Source: an uncultured candidate division Zixibacteria bacterium (GTDB lineage Bacteria; Zixibacteria; MSB-5A5; UBA10806). Taken from it: 64,000 bases of DNA. The notes under the pieces were generated by a model. It did not search any database. It was not told where the DNA came from and saw only the letters and a program-made list of their open reading frames with translations. Shown one piece after another: positions 1-8,756 of this stretch. The stretch covers positions 96,001-160,000 of the forward strand of contig CAWFQL010000011.1 of assembly GCA_963817915.1 (NCBI GenBank). The letters run 5' to 3'. Numbering within the stretch: position 1 is the first letter of the stretch; each line of letters begins with the position of its first letter. Made by a program: the position numbers and the translations under genes.

Positions 1-2
1 AT

Positions 3-1235
3 TTAAGAATTGCCTGGCAAAACGCCCAGCTTTACGAGCAGCTTAAATCGGCTTATAGCCAGTTGCAGGAGGCCCAGGATCATATGGTGCAAACCGAAAA
101 ACTCAGGGCGTTAGGGGAGATGTCATCGGGAGTTGTGCATGATTTCAATAATATCCTGGCCGCGATTTCCGGCAGAACTCAAATTTTGCTTCGAAAGCTG
201 GCGAAAGATTCGAAAAATGCGGATCCTGAATTTATCCTGAAAAATCTTTCGATTATTGAAAAGGCCTCTAACGATGGTTCGCATATCTTATCGAGAATCA
301 GTGAATTTACTAAGAAAAAGCCGACAGAAAAATTCGTACCAATTAATATTGATCAAATTATTTTCGATGCTATTGAATTGACCAAGCCGAAATGGCACCA
401 TCATGCCCTCTCCGAAGGAAAAATAGTCGATGTTGAATTCAAGCGAAATGGACCCTTTCAGACTACTGGAAGCCCGTCGGAATTGCGTGAAGTATTTACC
501 AATCTTATCAACAATGCGGTCGATGCCATGGGCTCTAATGGCACAATCAAGATTTCGGCAAAATTAAAATCCGAAAATATAATCGAAATTATAATGGAAG
601 ATAATGGCCACGGGATGTCAAGCGATGTGAAAAAACGAATTTTCGAACCGTTCTTCACGACAAAGGGCTCCAAAGGAACCGGCCTGGGACTATCGGTAAC
701 CTACGGTATTATCACCCGTCACTCGGGGAATATTGAAGTCGAATCCGAATTAGGGCAGGGTACCAAATTCAAAATTGAGATTCCGGTTCGCAAGACCAAA
801 ACCGAAGAGCAAAATACTCAATTGCCAAACAATGGAACCGGCCGAGCCAAAACAATTCTTGTAGTTGACGACGAAAACGAATTAAGGGAAGTGCTTGTCG
901 AAATACTGACATCAAATAATTATGAAGCCGATTCAGCTGAAAACGGCACTGAGGCATTGAAGAAGCTGCAATATAAAAATTACGATATTGTCATTACTGA
1001 TTTGGGAATGGCTGATATTTCAGGATGGGAGCTATCCGACCTGATTTATCGAGACCATAATAATACTAAAGTAATACTGGCTACTGGATGGGGCGCTCAG
1101 GTGGAGCCGGGAAGTCTCGCTCTCCATCATGTTAATGGCCTCATATCCAAACCATTTAAAATAACCGTGATATTGGACGCAATTGTAAAAATAAGTAATT
1201 GTTCTAGAGATGAGGTATTGGTTGAAAATTCCTGA
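3..1235 (+). CDS. Hybrid sensor histidine kinase/response regulator, 5'-truncated by the window edge
   Basis: Frame is open from position 3 (LRIAWQNAQLYEQL, end of a GAF helix). H-box VVHDFNN, N-box NLINNAVDA, G1 DNGHG, F-box FEPFFTTK, G2 GTGLGL, and a C-terminal REC domain (ILVVDD...ITDLGM...SKPF). Confidence 0.92.
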   Translation, partial: LRIAWQNAQLYEQLKSAYSQLQEAQDHMVQTEKLRALGEMSSGVVHDFNNILAAISGRTQILLRKLAKDSKNADPEFILKNLSIIEKASNDGSHILSRISEFTKKKPTEKFVPINIDQIIFDAIELTKPKWHHHALSEGKIVDVEFKRNGPFQTTGSPSELREVFTNLINNAVDAMGSNGTIKISAKLKSENIIEIIMEDNGHGMSSDVKKRIFEPFFTTKGSKGTGLGLSVTYGIITRHSGNIEVESELGQGTKFKIEIPVRKTKTEEQNTQLPNNGTGRAKTILVVDDENELREVLVEILTSNNYEADSAENGTEALKKLQYKNYDIVITDLGMADISGWELSDLIYRDHNNTKVILATGWGAQVEPGSLALHHVNGLISKPFKITVILDAIVKISNCSRDEVLVENS

Positions 1236-3351
1236 ATGGCCGATATCGAGCATAGCCGGCTCAATATTTAAGGCAACTGCCCCCAGAGCGCGCAAAACCC
1301 TGGGGTCAGACGCGTTTATAATATTCATGGCATATCTTGATTGTCCTGACTTTGATCTTCATCTGGATGAGGATATCGAAACATATGATATTTCCAATCT
1401 CTATCGCAAGGCCGGCGAAATGAGCGATGAAATATGTTCTATAGTCAAAGAACGGCCTAAGACAAGCCATTTCAATAAAAATACCGAGAATCAACTTGCC
1501 GCCAAAATTATAAAGGTGCTCAATGCCTCCGATATTATCGTGTCTCCGTTTATACTCGATGATCTCGGATATGGATATGCCTGCTGGGTATGGCGTGATG
1601 ATCGTTGCGGCGGTGAGGATGAAGTATTTAAGGCCAATCTCGTAGCCGAACAGATTGCGCTTTCATTTAAGGTCTCAATGAAAGAAAAACGTTCGAAGGA
1701 ACAATCCGATAGACTGGCAGCACTGCTGGAATTATCCAACGCTGTTTATTCGAGCCTGGATTATCAGGAAGTTCTTCAAAAGGCGGTCAAGCTTTCTACG
1801 GAAATAATGGAAGCCGATGGGGGCTCAATATTCGCGTTGAATAAATCCGAGATGAACATTCGTCCTCTGATAGTTATAGATGAATATTTCGCGGAACCCA
1901 TTAGAGCTTTGAGGCTCAAATTAGGGGAAGGGATCATAGGGAAAGTGGTACAATCGGGAATCGGCCTAATTTCCAATGATTCCGAGTCCGATCCGCGCGC
2001 AGTCCATGTTCCCGATACTCCTGTCACCCACGATTCGGTCATTTGCGCGCCCTTAATGTTGGCAGATGATGTTTTTGGCGCTATCAGTCTCTGGAATCAT
2101 ACCGGTACGCATTTCGATCAGGAGGATCTGGAAATCCTTTCGATTTTCGCTCGTCAAATCGCCTTCGCGATGGAAAATGCCAGGTTGTTCGCCAATCTAC
2201 AAAAAGCCAACAAAGAGATGACGACTGCCCAGGAAAAGCTGATTATGGGTGAAAAACTCAAAGCTCTTGGAGAGATGGCAGGTGGAGTCGCCCATGATTT
2301 CAATAATGTCTTAGGGACGATACTTGGGCGGGCTCAATTACTGCTTAGAAAAATTGAAGATCCTCATTGGAAAAAAGAACTGGAAAAAATCGAAGAAGTC
2401 GCGCTTGAAGGAAGGCGAACTATTCAACGACTCCAAGATTTCACCCATGTTTCGAGTCATTCACAATTCGGCACCGTCAGCCTCAATGAAATAGTGGGGA
2501 AGGCGGTTGATAGCACTCGACCGGCGTGGAAAGATATCGCCCAGCGGCACGGTATTACCATTAGTCTTCAAACTGATCTCTCGCAGGTCCCTTTGATAGA
2601 CGGAGATTTTGACGAGTTAAAAGAGGCGTTCGTCAATATCATTATTAATGCTGTCGATGCTCTTCAGCATGGTGGAAATATCTTGATAAAAACCTATACC
2701 GAAGACGAAAAAGCCTGTCTCAGTATTACTGATGATGGAATCGGTATGGATGAAAATACAAAAAACAGGCTCTTCTTCCCATTCTTCTCAACCAAGCCTA
2801 AGAAGGGCTCTGGGATGGGCCTGGCAATTGTCTATGGTATTCTATTCCGGCACCAGGCCGATATATCGGTTGAATCATCGTTGGGGAATGGCGCCTCATT
2901 TATATTCAAATTTAATCCGACAACCAAAACCATTCAGGAAATCACTTCCCCGTCGAAACCTTCGGAATCAAAGGAGCTTTCGATTTTACTGGTGGATGAT
3001 GATGTCAATCTCCTCGATGTCGTATTCGATATGTTAACCCTCTATGGGCATGGAGTAACAAAAATCGACAGCGGCAGGGGTGCTATCGAATTATTGAAGA
3101 AAACTAAATTCGATATGGTTATTACCGATCTTGGCATGCCGGAAATTGCGGGTTGGGAGGTTGCCAGATTTGCCAAAGAGACATATCGTGACATCCCCGT
3201 TATTCTCGTGTCTGGATGGGGAGCTCAGCTTGATCGCGTAGAAGCATTGCAGAAAGTGGATGCGGTCCTGGCCAAGCCATTCGGCCTTGAAGAAATCAAC
3301 GAAACCATAAATAAAGTTATGGCCCTGCGAATGCCAAAACTGCCAGTCTAA
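1210..3351 (+). CDS. GAF-domain hybrid sensor histidine kinase with C-terminal receiver domain
   Basis: GAF region (LKLGEGIIGKV...SVICAPL...AMENARLF), H-box VAHDFNN, HATPase boxes, REC (LLVDDD...ITDLGMP...AKPF). Start uncertain: an ATG at 1236 directly after the upstream stop may be the true start, with a +1 frameshift near 1268. Confidence 0.9.
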   Translation: MRYWLKIPEWPISSIAGSIFKATAPRARKTLGSDAFIIFMAYLDCPDFDLHLDEDIETYDISNLYRKAGEMSDEICSIVKERPKTSHFNKNTENQLAAKIIKVLNASDIIVSPFILDDLGYGYACWVWRDDRCGGEDEVFKANLVAEQIALSFKVSMKEKRSKEQSDRLAALLELSNAVYSSLDYQEVLQKAVKLSTEIMEADGGSIFALNKSEMNIRPLIVIDEYFAEPIRALRLKLGEGIIGKVVQSGIGLISNDSESDPRAVHVPDTPVTHDSVICAPLMLADDVFGAISLWNHTGTHFDQEDLEILSIFARQIAFAMENARLFANLQKANKEMTTAQEKLIMGEKLKALGEMAGGVAHDFNNVLGTILGRAQLLLRKIEDPHWKKELEKIEEVALEGRRTIQRLQDFTHVSSHSQFGTVSLNEIVGKAVDSTRPAWKDIAQRHGITISLQTDLSQVPLIDGDFDELKEAFVNIIINAVDALQHGGNILIKTYTEDEKACLSITDDGIGMDENTKNRLFFPFFSTKPKKGSGMGLAIVYGILFRHQADISVESSLGNGASFIFKFNPTTKTIQEITSPSKPSESKELSILLVDDDVNLLDVVFDMLTLYGHGVTKIDSGRGAIELLKKTKFDMVITDLGMPEIAGWEVARFAKETYRDIPVILVSGWGAQLDRVEALQKVDAVLAKPFGLEEINETINKVMALRMPKLPV

Positions 3352-3403
3352 TCAAGATTAATCGATTGACATTGCTATTATATTTAAATTATTTAGCGCC
3401 GTT

Positions 3404-4441
3404 ATGGCAGGTATCGATGTTTTCGAATTGGTAAAATCTCTAAAATCCAAAGTCGATTCTCATATTTTTGAATTTCTACCGGAGACAGATGAAATACCGG
3501 AGATTCGCCTTCTTTATCAAATGATGAGGGATTATCCGTCACGTTCCGGAAAGGGGCTCAGGCCGGGTCTGCTCCTGATCTTTAATAGGGCTCTGGGTGG
3601 CGATGATGCCAAAGCATTAAACACAGCCGCGGCTTTGGAGCTTTTCCAAAACTGGATAGTCATTCATGACGACATTGAAGATCAATCGGATCTCCGGCGC
3701 GGACTGCCATCATTGCATATCAAGCATGGGGTCCCGCTGGCTCTCAATGCCGGCGACGCCCTGGCCGGTAAAATGTGGCAAATGCTTCTCAAAAATCAAA
3801 ATATAATAGGACTCGAGAAGACTCTGGCGATTATTGAAGAATTTCTGTACATGTATGAACAAACTACTTCGGGGCAGCATATCGAATTATCCTGGGTTAA
3901 TGATTTAAGATGGGATATCTCTCCCGATGACTACTTCGCGATGTGTCATCGCAAGACTGCCTGGTATACTTGTATTACGCCATGCTGGACAGGCGCGTTT
4001 ATTGCCGGTATCGAACCCGAATATAAAGAACGAATGATTAATTTCGGTCTCGATCTTGGAGCGGCATTTCAAATACAGGATGATATTCTCAATATTATCG
4101 GCGATGTAGATAAATACGGCAAAGAGATTGCCGGCGATATCTGGGAGGGGAAACGGACGCTCGTACTGATCGACCTCCTCTCAAAATGCTCTGCCGATGA
4201 AAAAAAATCGATTTTGAAAATCCTCAATAAACCGCGCGACCAAAAAAACGAATCTGAAATTAATCAAATTCTCGAAGCCATAAGAAAATATGAATGTGTC
4301 GATTATGCCTTCGGGATTTCGCATCAATTGGCGCTCCGCGCACGACATTCATTTATCGAGATGTTCGAAAATAAATTGGACGATAGCTATAATAAAATAA
4401 TCCTCGACCTGATAGATTTTATGGTCAATCGAGAATTGTAA
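3404..4441 (+). CDS. Polyprenyl diphosphate synthase (GGPP/FPP synthase-like)
   Basis: GKGLRP, FARM HDDIED..RRG, GQHIEL, KT motif, FQIQDDILN, GKEIAGDIWEGKRT. Confidence 0.92.
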   Translation: MAGIDVFELVKSLKSKVDSHIFEFLPETDEIPEIRLLYQMMRDYPSRSGKGLRPGLLLIFNRALGGDDAKALNTAAALELFQNWIVIHDDIEDQSDLRRGLPSLHIKHGVPLALNAGDALAGKMWQMLLKNQNIIGLEKTLAIIEEFLYMYEQTTSGQHIELSWVNDLRWDISPDDYFAMCHRKTAWYTCITPCWTGAFIAGIEPEYKERMINFGLDLGAAFQIQDDILNIIGDVDKYGKEIAGDIWEGKRTLVLIDLLSKCSADEKKSILKILNKPRDQKNESEINQILEAIRKYECVDYAFGISHQLALRARHSFIEMFENKLDDSYNKIILDLIDFMVNREL

Positions 4442-4478
4442 TCCAGCCAATCGAATTTTAAAACCCAATTTTCAAGGT

Positions 4479-5190
4479 ATGACCGATAATAATAAAAAAC
4501 AATTTGTTCGCCGCATGTTCGATGAGATTCAGGGAAAATATGATTTTCTGAATACCATCCTTTCATTTGGACAGGATAATCGCTGGAGAAAGAAAGCTAT
4601 CAAAGGGATGCCCAAAAACGGAATAATTATCGATCTCTGCGGAGGTGGCGGACAGATGGCAGGCCTCATATTCAGCGACAATAATTTTGCCGGAGCAATT
4701 GTCATCGCTGATATTTCAAAGAATATGCTCATGCAATCGAGATATTCCCTAAATGGCAAAAATTCGGGATCGAATTTTCCTGTCGTTTGCGATGTGGAAA
4801 ATCTGCCCTTCAAAAATGATTCATTTTCAGCGGGAATATCGGCGTTCAGCCTGAGAAATTTGACTGACCTCGAAGCCTTTTCGCGTGAAACATTCAGAGT
4901 GCTTCAACCAGAAGGGGAGGCGAGATTTCTTGAAATCGCCCATCCCGATAATAAATTATTATCGATATTATTCAATTTTTATTTTTACAAACTCTCACCG
5001 CTCATTGCAAAAGCTTTTCGGCGCCAAAGAATACGCCTATAAATATCTCCCGCAATCGCTAAAAATCTTCCCCGACCAAAAGGATGTCGCGAAAATATTA
5101 TCCAATGGCTGGGGGAAGTCGTCCTATAAAAATATTATGGGTGGCATGGCCGCAATCTATAAATTAGAGAAAAAAGCAAATGATAAATAA
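4479..5190 (+). CDS. ubiE: UbiE/MenG-family SAM-dependent quinone methyltransferase, split by a +1 frameshift at about 5009-5012
   Basis: VRRMFDEI..KYDFLN.ILSFGQD.RWR and LPF..DSF in ORF 4479..5042. The C-terminal AYKYLPQS..FP...GGMAAIY continues in the +1 frame. Removing one A from the A4 run restores a full protein. Confidence 0.82.
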
Positions 5191-5842
5191 AAACAGATTT
5201 CATTTTATTGCCGGAGTATTTCTTTTAATTACTCTGCTATTCGCGGGCAATGTTTTATCAGCTCCTATCAAAAAGATTTCAAAAACTAATGCCCCGCCGG
5301 ATACCGGTTCAATTGCCAAAATAGCCAGAGCTATTGATGGCGATACCTTCGTGCTTACCAATGGCATGCATATCAGGGGCATAGGTATCGATACCCCGGA
5401 AGAAAATGAACCATTTTATAAAGAAGCCAAAGCTTACGCCGAATCGACATTAGTAGGCAAAGAAGTAAAGCTGGAATTCGATAAGGAAACCGAGGATAAC
5501 TACGGACGAAAACTGGTATATATTTTTGATGGCACGTTTTTCTTTAATGAATCTATAATCCGCGCGGGCCTGGGGAGGTTATATCGTTTTAAAGGTCATG
5601 ACAAATATATTTCTAAATTAATTAATGCCCAGAATGACGCCAGGAAAAACAAAATCGGAATCTGGTCATTGCCCGCACCCAAAAAAGAAGAATTTTATAT
5701 CTCTATCAGGGATTCATATCGATTTCATAGACCTTTGTGTCCCGCTATTAAACAGGCCAATCTGGCCAAAGCATTGCATTTTAAAACACGCGATGAAGCA
5801 TTGGATAAAGGCCTTTCTCCCTGCAGACAGTGCCGACCTTAA
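5180..5842 (+). CDS. Secreted thermonuclease (SNase family) with C-terminal Ada-like metal-binding domain
   Basis: Signal peptide, IDGDT, RGIGIDTPE, D.YGR.L.Y, AR.NKIGIW, then FHRPLC...GLSPCRQCRP. Confidence 0.9.
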   Translation: MINKNRFHFIAGVFLLITLLFAGNVLSAPIKKISKTNAPPDTGSIAKIARAIDGDTFVLTNGMHIRGIGIDTPEENEPFYKEAKAYAESTLVGKEVKLEFDKETEDNYGRKLVYIFDGTFFFNESIIRAGLGRLYRFKGHDKYISKLINAQNDARKNKIGIWSLPAPKKEEFYISIRDSYRFHRPLCPAIKQANLAKALHFKTRDEALDKGLSPCRQCRP

Positions 5843-5866
5843 GTAAAGAATTTTAACTGCCGATAC
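5840..5866 (+). promoter_or_regulatory. Sigma28 (FliA/SigD)-like promoter
   Basis: TAAG-N15-GCCGATAC upstream of the GGAGG RBS of the NtrC-family gene. Confidence 0.55.
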
Positions 5867-5897
5867 CTATAATGAACCATTGTATCCGGAGGATAAA

Positions 5898-7295
5898 TTG
5901 CCGTCTATTTTAGTAGTCGAAGATAAAGATTCCATGCAGCAAATGCTTTCAGCCACGCTGGCCAATGAGGGCTACGAGGTTGATACGGCATCTGATGGCA
6001 CCGAGGGTATTACCAAGGCAAAAGAAAAACGTTACGACCTGGTGCTTACCGATCTGAAATTGCCCGGGGCGGACGGCCTGCAGGTTTTATCTAAGGTCAA
6101 GGAAACCGATCCTGAGGCCGCAGTCATTGTAATGACGGCTTATGGCACTGTCGAGACGGCAGTGCAGGCCATAAAGCTCGGTGCCTTCGATTTTCTAACC
6201 AAGCCATTCGATACCGAACGGCTATCGATATTAATTAAACGGGCAATGGAAAATCGTCGATTGATGGCGGAAAATATCCTGCTGCGTGAGGAATTGGCTC
6301 AGAGTCTCGGATTAAATGAAATAATCGGCAAATCCGAAAAAATAAAAACCGCGACCGATCTTGTTCAGAAAGTCGCGCCATCCGATACTACCGTCCTCTT
6401 ATTGGGAGAATCCGGAACCGGTAAAGAGCTTTTCGCCCGCGCGATTCATCAATTGTCCAACCGCAAAAATGGTCCTTATGTCGCTATAAATTGCGCTGCC
6501 ATTCCGAGGGAATTGCTCGAAAACGAATTGTTTGGTTCCGAGAAGGGTGCCTTTACCAGCAGCATCGCCCGTAAAATGGGCAAATTCGAAATCGCCGAGG
6601 CAGGCACTATATTCCTCGATGAAGTCGGCGATATGGATATTTCGCTTCAAGCGAAACTTCTCCGAGTCCTACAGGAGAAAAATTTCGAACGGCTTGGCGG
6701 CAATAAAACCATCAACGTCAATGTTAGAGTCATTGCGGCATCCAATATGGATCTCAGCGTTGCAATAACTAATAAGATATTTAGAGAAGACCTGTTCTAT
6801 CGCTTATCCGTATTCCCTGTGACTATTCCGCCTCTGCGTGAAAGACGCGAAGACGTTCCGGCGCTGGCGGAATTTTTCGTAGATAAATTTTGCAATGAGA
6901 TGAAAAAGAAGACAAAAAAGATTTCGCCCGAATCGCTCTCTTTGCTCGATAAATATCATTGGCCGGGGAATGTCCGCGAATTGGAAAATACAATCGAAAG
7001 GGCAATAATACTTTGTGAAGGCAAAACCATCAATCCGGAGCATCTGGCCATCAGATTGGCCACCACCAATGAAATTCGATTGCGCGAAGGAAGCGGGCTT
7101 AAGGAAGTAGCCGCCCAGGCCCAGGCCGATGCCGAAAAAGGGCTTATCAAGCGAGTCTTGACCCAAACCAGGGGAAATAAGCGAAAAACTGCAGAGATAT
7201 TGCAAATCGATTACACTACCTTATTCGAAAAACTGAAAAAGTACGGACTCCAGACCAAAAAAGATGCAGTGGACGAACCCAATACAACCTCCTAA
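5898..7295 (+). CDS. Sigma54-dependent NtrC-family response regulator (REC-AAA+-HTH)
   Basis: REC domain, Walker [14 protein letters not shown] (GAFTGA variant), [23 protein letters not shown], Fis-type HTH. GGAGG precedes TTG 5898 (ORF track start 5880). Confidence 0.95.
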   Translation: MPSILVVEDKDSMQQMLSATLANEGYEVDTASDGTEGITKAKEKRYDLVLTDLKLPGADGLQVLSKVKETDPEAAVIVMTAYGTVETAVQAIKLGAFDFLTKPFDTERLSILIKRAMENRRLMAENILLREELAQSLGLNEIIGKSEKIKTATDLVQKVAPSDTTVLLLGESGTGKELFARAIHQLSNRKNGPYVAINCAAIPRELLENELFGSEKGAFTSSIARKMGKFEIAEAGTIFLDEVGDMDISLQAKLLRVLQEKNFERLGGNKTINVNVRVIAASNMDLSVAITNKIFREDLFYRLSVFPVTIPPLRERREDVPALAEFFVDKFCNEMKKKTKKISPESLSLLDKYHWPGNVRELENTIERAIILCEGKTINPEHLAIRLATTNEIRLREGSGLKEVAAQAQADAEKGLIKRVLTQTRGNKRKTAEILQIDYTTLFEKLKKYGLQTKKDAVDEPNTTS

Positions 7296-7367
7296 AACGC
7301 TCTAACTAATTGACATTAACCATAACCTCCGAGCTGTAAAAATATTTATATTTTTTTTAAAAAAAAC

Positions 7368-7395
7368 TTGACATTGGCATGAAATTGTGTATAAT
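7368..7395 (+). promoter_or_regulatory. Sigma70 promoter with upstream T8/A8 UP-like tract
   Basis: Perfect TTGACA (7368-7373), 16 bp spacer, perfect TATAAT (7390-7395). Confidence 0.7.
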
Positions 7396-7497
7396 ATCCT
7401 TGACAAATGGGAGACACGTCCCATATCATCATTAACAATTGTGGCGTTGAAATTGGAAAATTTAAAAAAACAAATAATTTTAAGGAGGCTTATCGAG

Positions 7498-8331
7498 ATG
7501 AAGAAAATGATTTTGTTAGCAGCATTATTGTTGCTCAGCTGCGGTATGGCGTATGCGCAGGTTCAGGACAGTATCATTATCCATTCTGCCAATGTCGATT
7601 CAGGCGTTACTTCGCAATTTATCCGCATCAATGCCGTGACATTCGACTCTGTTGCCTTTTACCAGATGTCAATCAAATGGTATGGCGGTACTGGTGTTCA
7701 TCTAGCACAAGGATGCACTTACTGGGGTATTTTACCCTCATGGGATGTAACTTATGACACATTGGTTCTCGGCGAAGGTTACCTCCGCACATTTGGATTC
7801 ATGGATACGGGTGGTGACGATAATCCCCCAATGGTCACCGGCGGCCAGAGAATGCACATCATAACCGCGAGAATGGTATTTGAGCCCAATATTCCTCCCC
7901 AGATGGTTAGGCTTGATACTACCACCGATGGTCGCATGGGAAGCGCATTCTTAGGTTTAAAAGATGGTAGAACTGTAGTTGTGCCAGTCTATGTACCAGG
8001 CATAATCAATTATGGCATAACTGGTGTTGATGACCCGTCCACTAATATGCCTACCGCAATCGCTCTCAATCAGAATTATCCAAACCCATTCAACCCTGAG
8101 ACAAATATTGAATTCGCACTTCCGACAGCACAGAATGTTACCTTGCAGATATACAACCTGCTGGGACAGACTGTAAAGACATTGGTCAGCGGTCAGATGG
8201 ATGCCGGGTATCATACCGCTCGTTGGAATGGTACTAATGAAAACGGATCACAGGTTCCGTCGGGCGTCTATTTCTTCAGACTTTCGACTGACAACTTTAC
8301 CAAGACCAACAAGATGATCTTGCTGCGCTAA
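7498..8331 (+). CDS. Secreted protein with N-terminal cohesin-like beta-sandwich and C-terminal FlgD-Ig/T9SS-type sorting domain
   Basis: AAGGAGG RBS then ATG 7498. Signal peptide MKKMILL...AYA-Q. N-domain ends YVPGII, followed by LNQNYPNPFNPET.I.F...WNG.N..G..V.SGVYF.RL...KMILLR. The cohesin assignment is by eye. Confidence 0.8.
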   Translation: MKKMILLAALLLLSCGMAYAQVQDSIIIHSANVDSGVTSQFIRINAVTFDSVAFYQMSIKWYGGTGVHLAQGCTYWGILPSWDVTYDTLVLGEGYLRTFGFMDTGGDDNPPMVTGGQRMHIITARMVFEPNIPPQMVRLDTTTDGRMGSAFLGLKDGRTVVVPVYVPGIINYGITGVDDPSTNMPTAIALNQNYPNPFNPETNIEFALPTAQNVTLQIYNLLGQTVKTLVSGQMDAGYHTARWNGTNENGSQVPSGVYFFRLSTDNFTKTNKMILLR

Positions 8332-8351
8332 TTGGTCAAAATTTGCTTTTG

Positions 8352-8378
8352 AGGCGGGTCAGATGACCTGCCTTTTTT
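8352..8378 (+). terminator. Rho-independent terminator
   Basis: AGGCGGGTCA-GA-TGACCTGCCT followed by a T-run. Confidence 0.8.
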
Positions 8379-8440
8379 ATTGCTTAGAATGCCGATATCT
8401 TCCGTCAAAAATGGATACTCTCGCCGGACTGAAAAAAATC

Positions 8441-8478
8441 TTGCAATATTCAAATCTATGGCCTATTATAAATAGGCC
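8441..8478 (+). promoter_or_regulatory. Sigma70-like promoter overlapped by a perfect 8-bp inverted repeat (candidate operator)
   Basis: TTGCAA-N17-TATTAT. GGCCTATT-ATA-AATAGGCC (8460-8478) covers the -10 box. Confidence 0.5.
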
Positions 8479-8756
8479 TGATTTGTTTTGAGATTAGCAG
8501 CACATTCTCAAACAGGTCATTTGATCTCTTCTAAAACAAAAGAAAACCGGTCATTAACAGGCCAACTTTGAACGACTCAAGAAAAATACATCTTTGCCGC
8601 CCGGTAAAGAACGCCGGCACATTACGATATTTTGCTGAAAATATGATCGAGCATTTGTCATTGAATGTTTATGGCGCGGCTTCGTCAGTGGCTGTTCGGA
8701 TGTTAATATGATTGCAATTTTGAAATTTTTTAAACCTAAAACATGAGGGAAGAAGT

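Noticed and set aside
7374..7389. TTGGCATGAAATTGT as a sigma54 promoter just downstream of the NtrC gene
   Set aside because: Spacing is one base short of GG-N10-GC and the -12 element is not GC. The overlapping perfect sigma70 boxes explain the site better.
8391..8398. GCCGATAT as a further sigma28 site (also 54264 and GACGATAT at 22259)
   Set aside because: No TAA-type -35 element at 15-16 nt spacing for 8391 or 54264 (the latter sits in a hairpin); 22259 is degenerate and pilM already has a clear sigma70 promoter.
8550..8630. c-di-GMP-I or other known riboswitch in the dockerin gene leader
   Set aside because: The conserved GGCAAA...GAAA...GACGCAAA pattern and other aptamer cores are absent.
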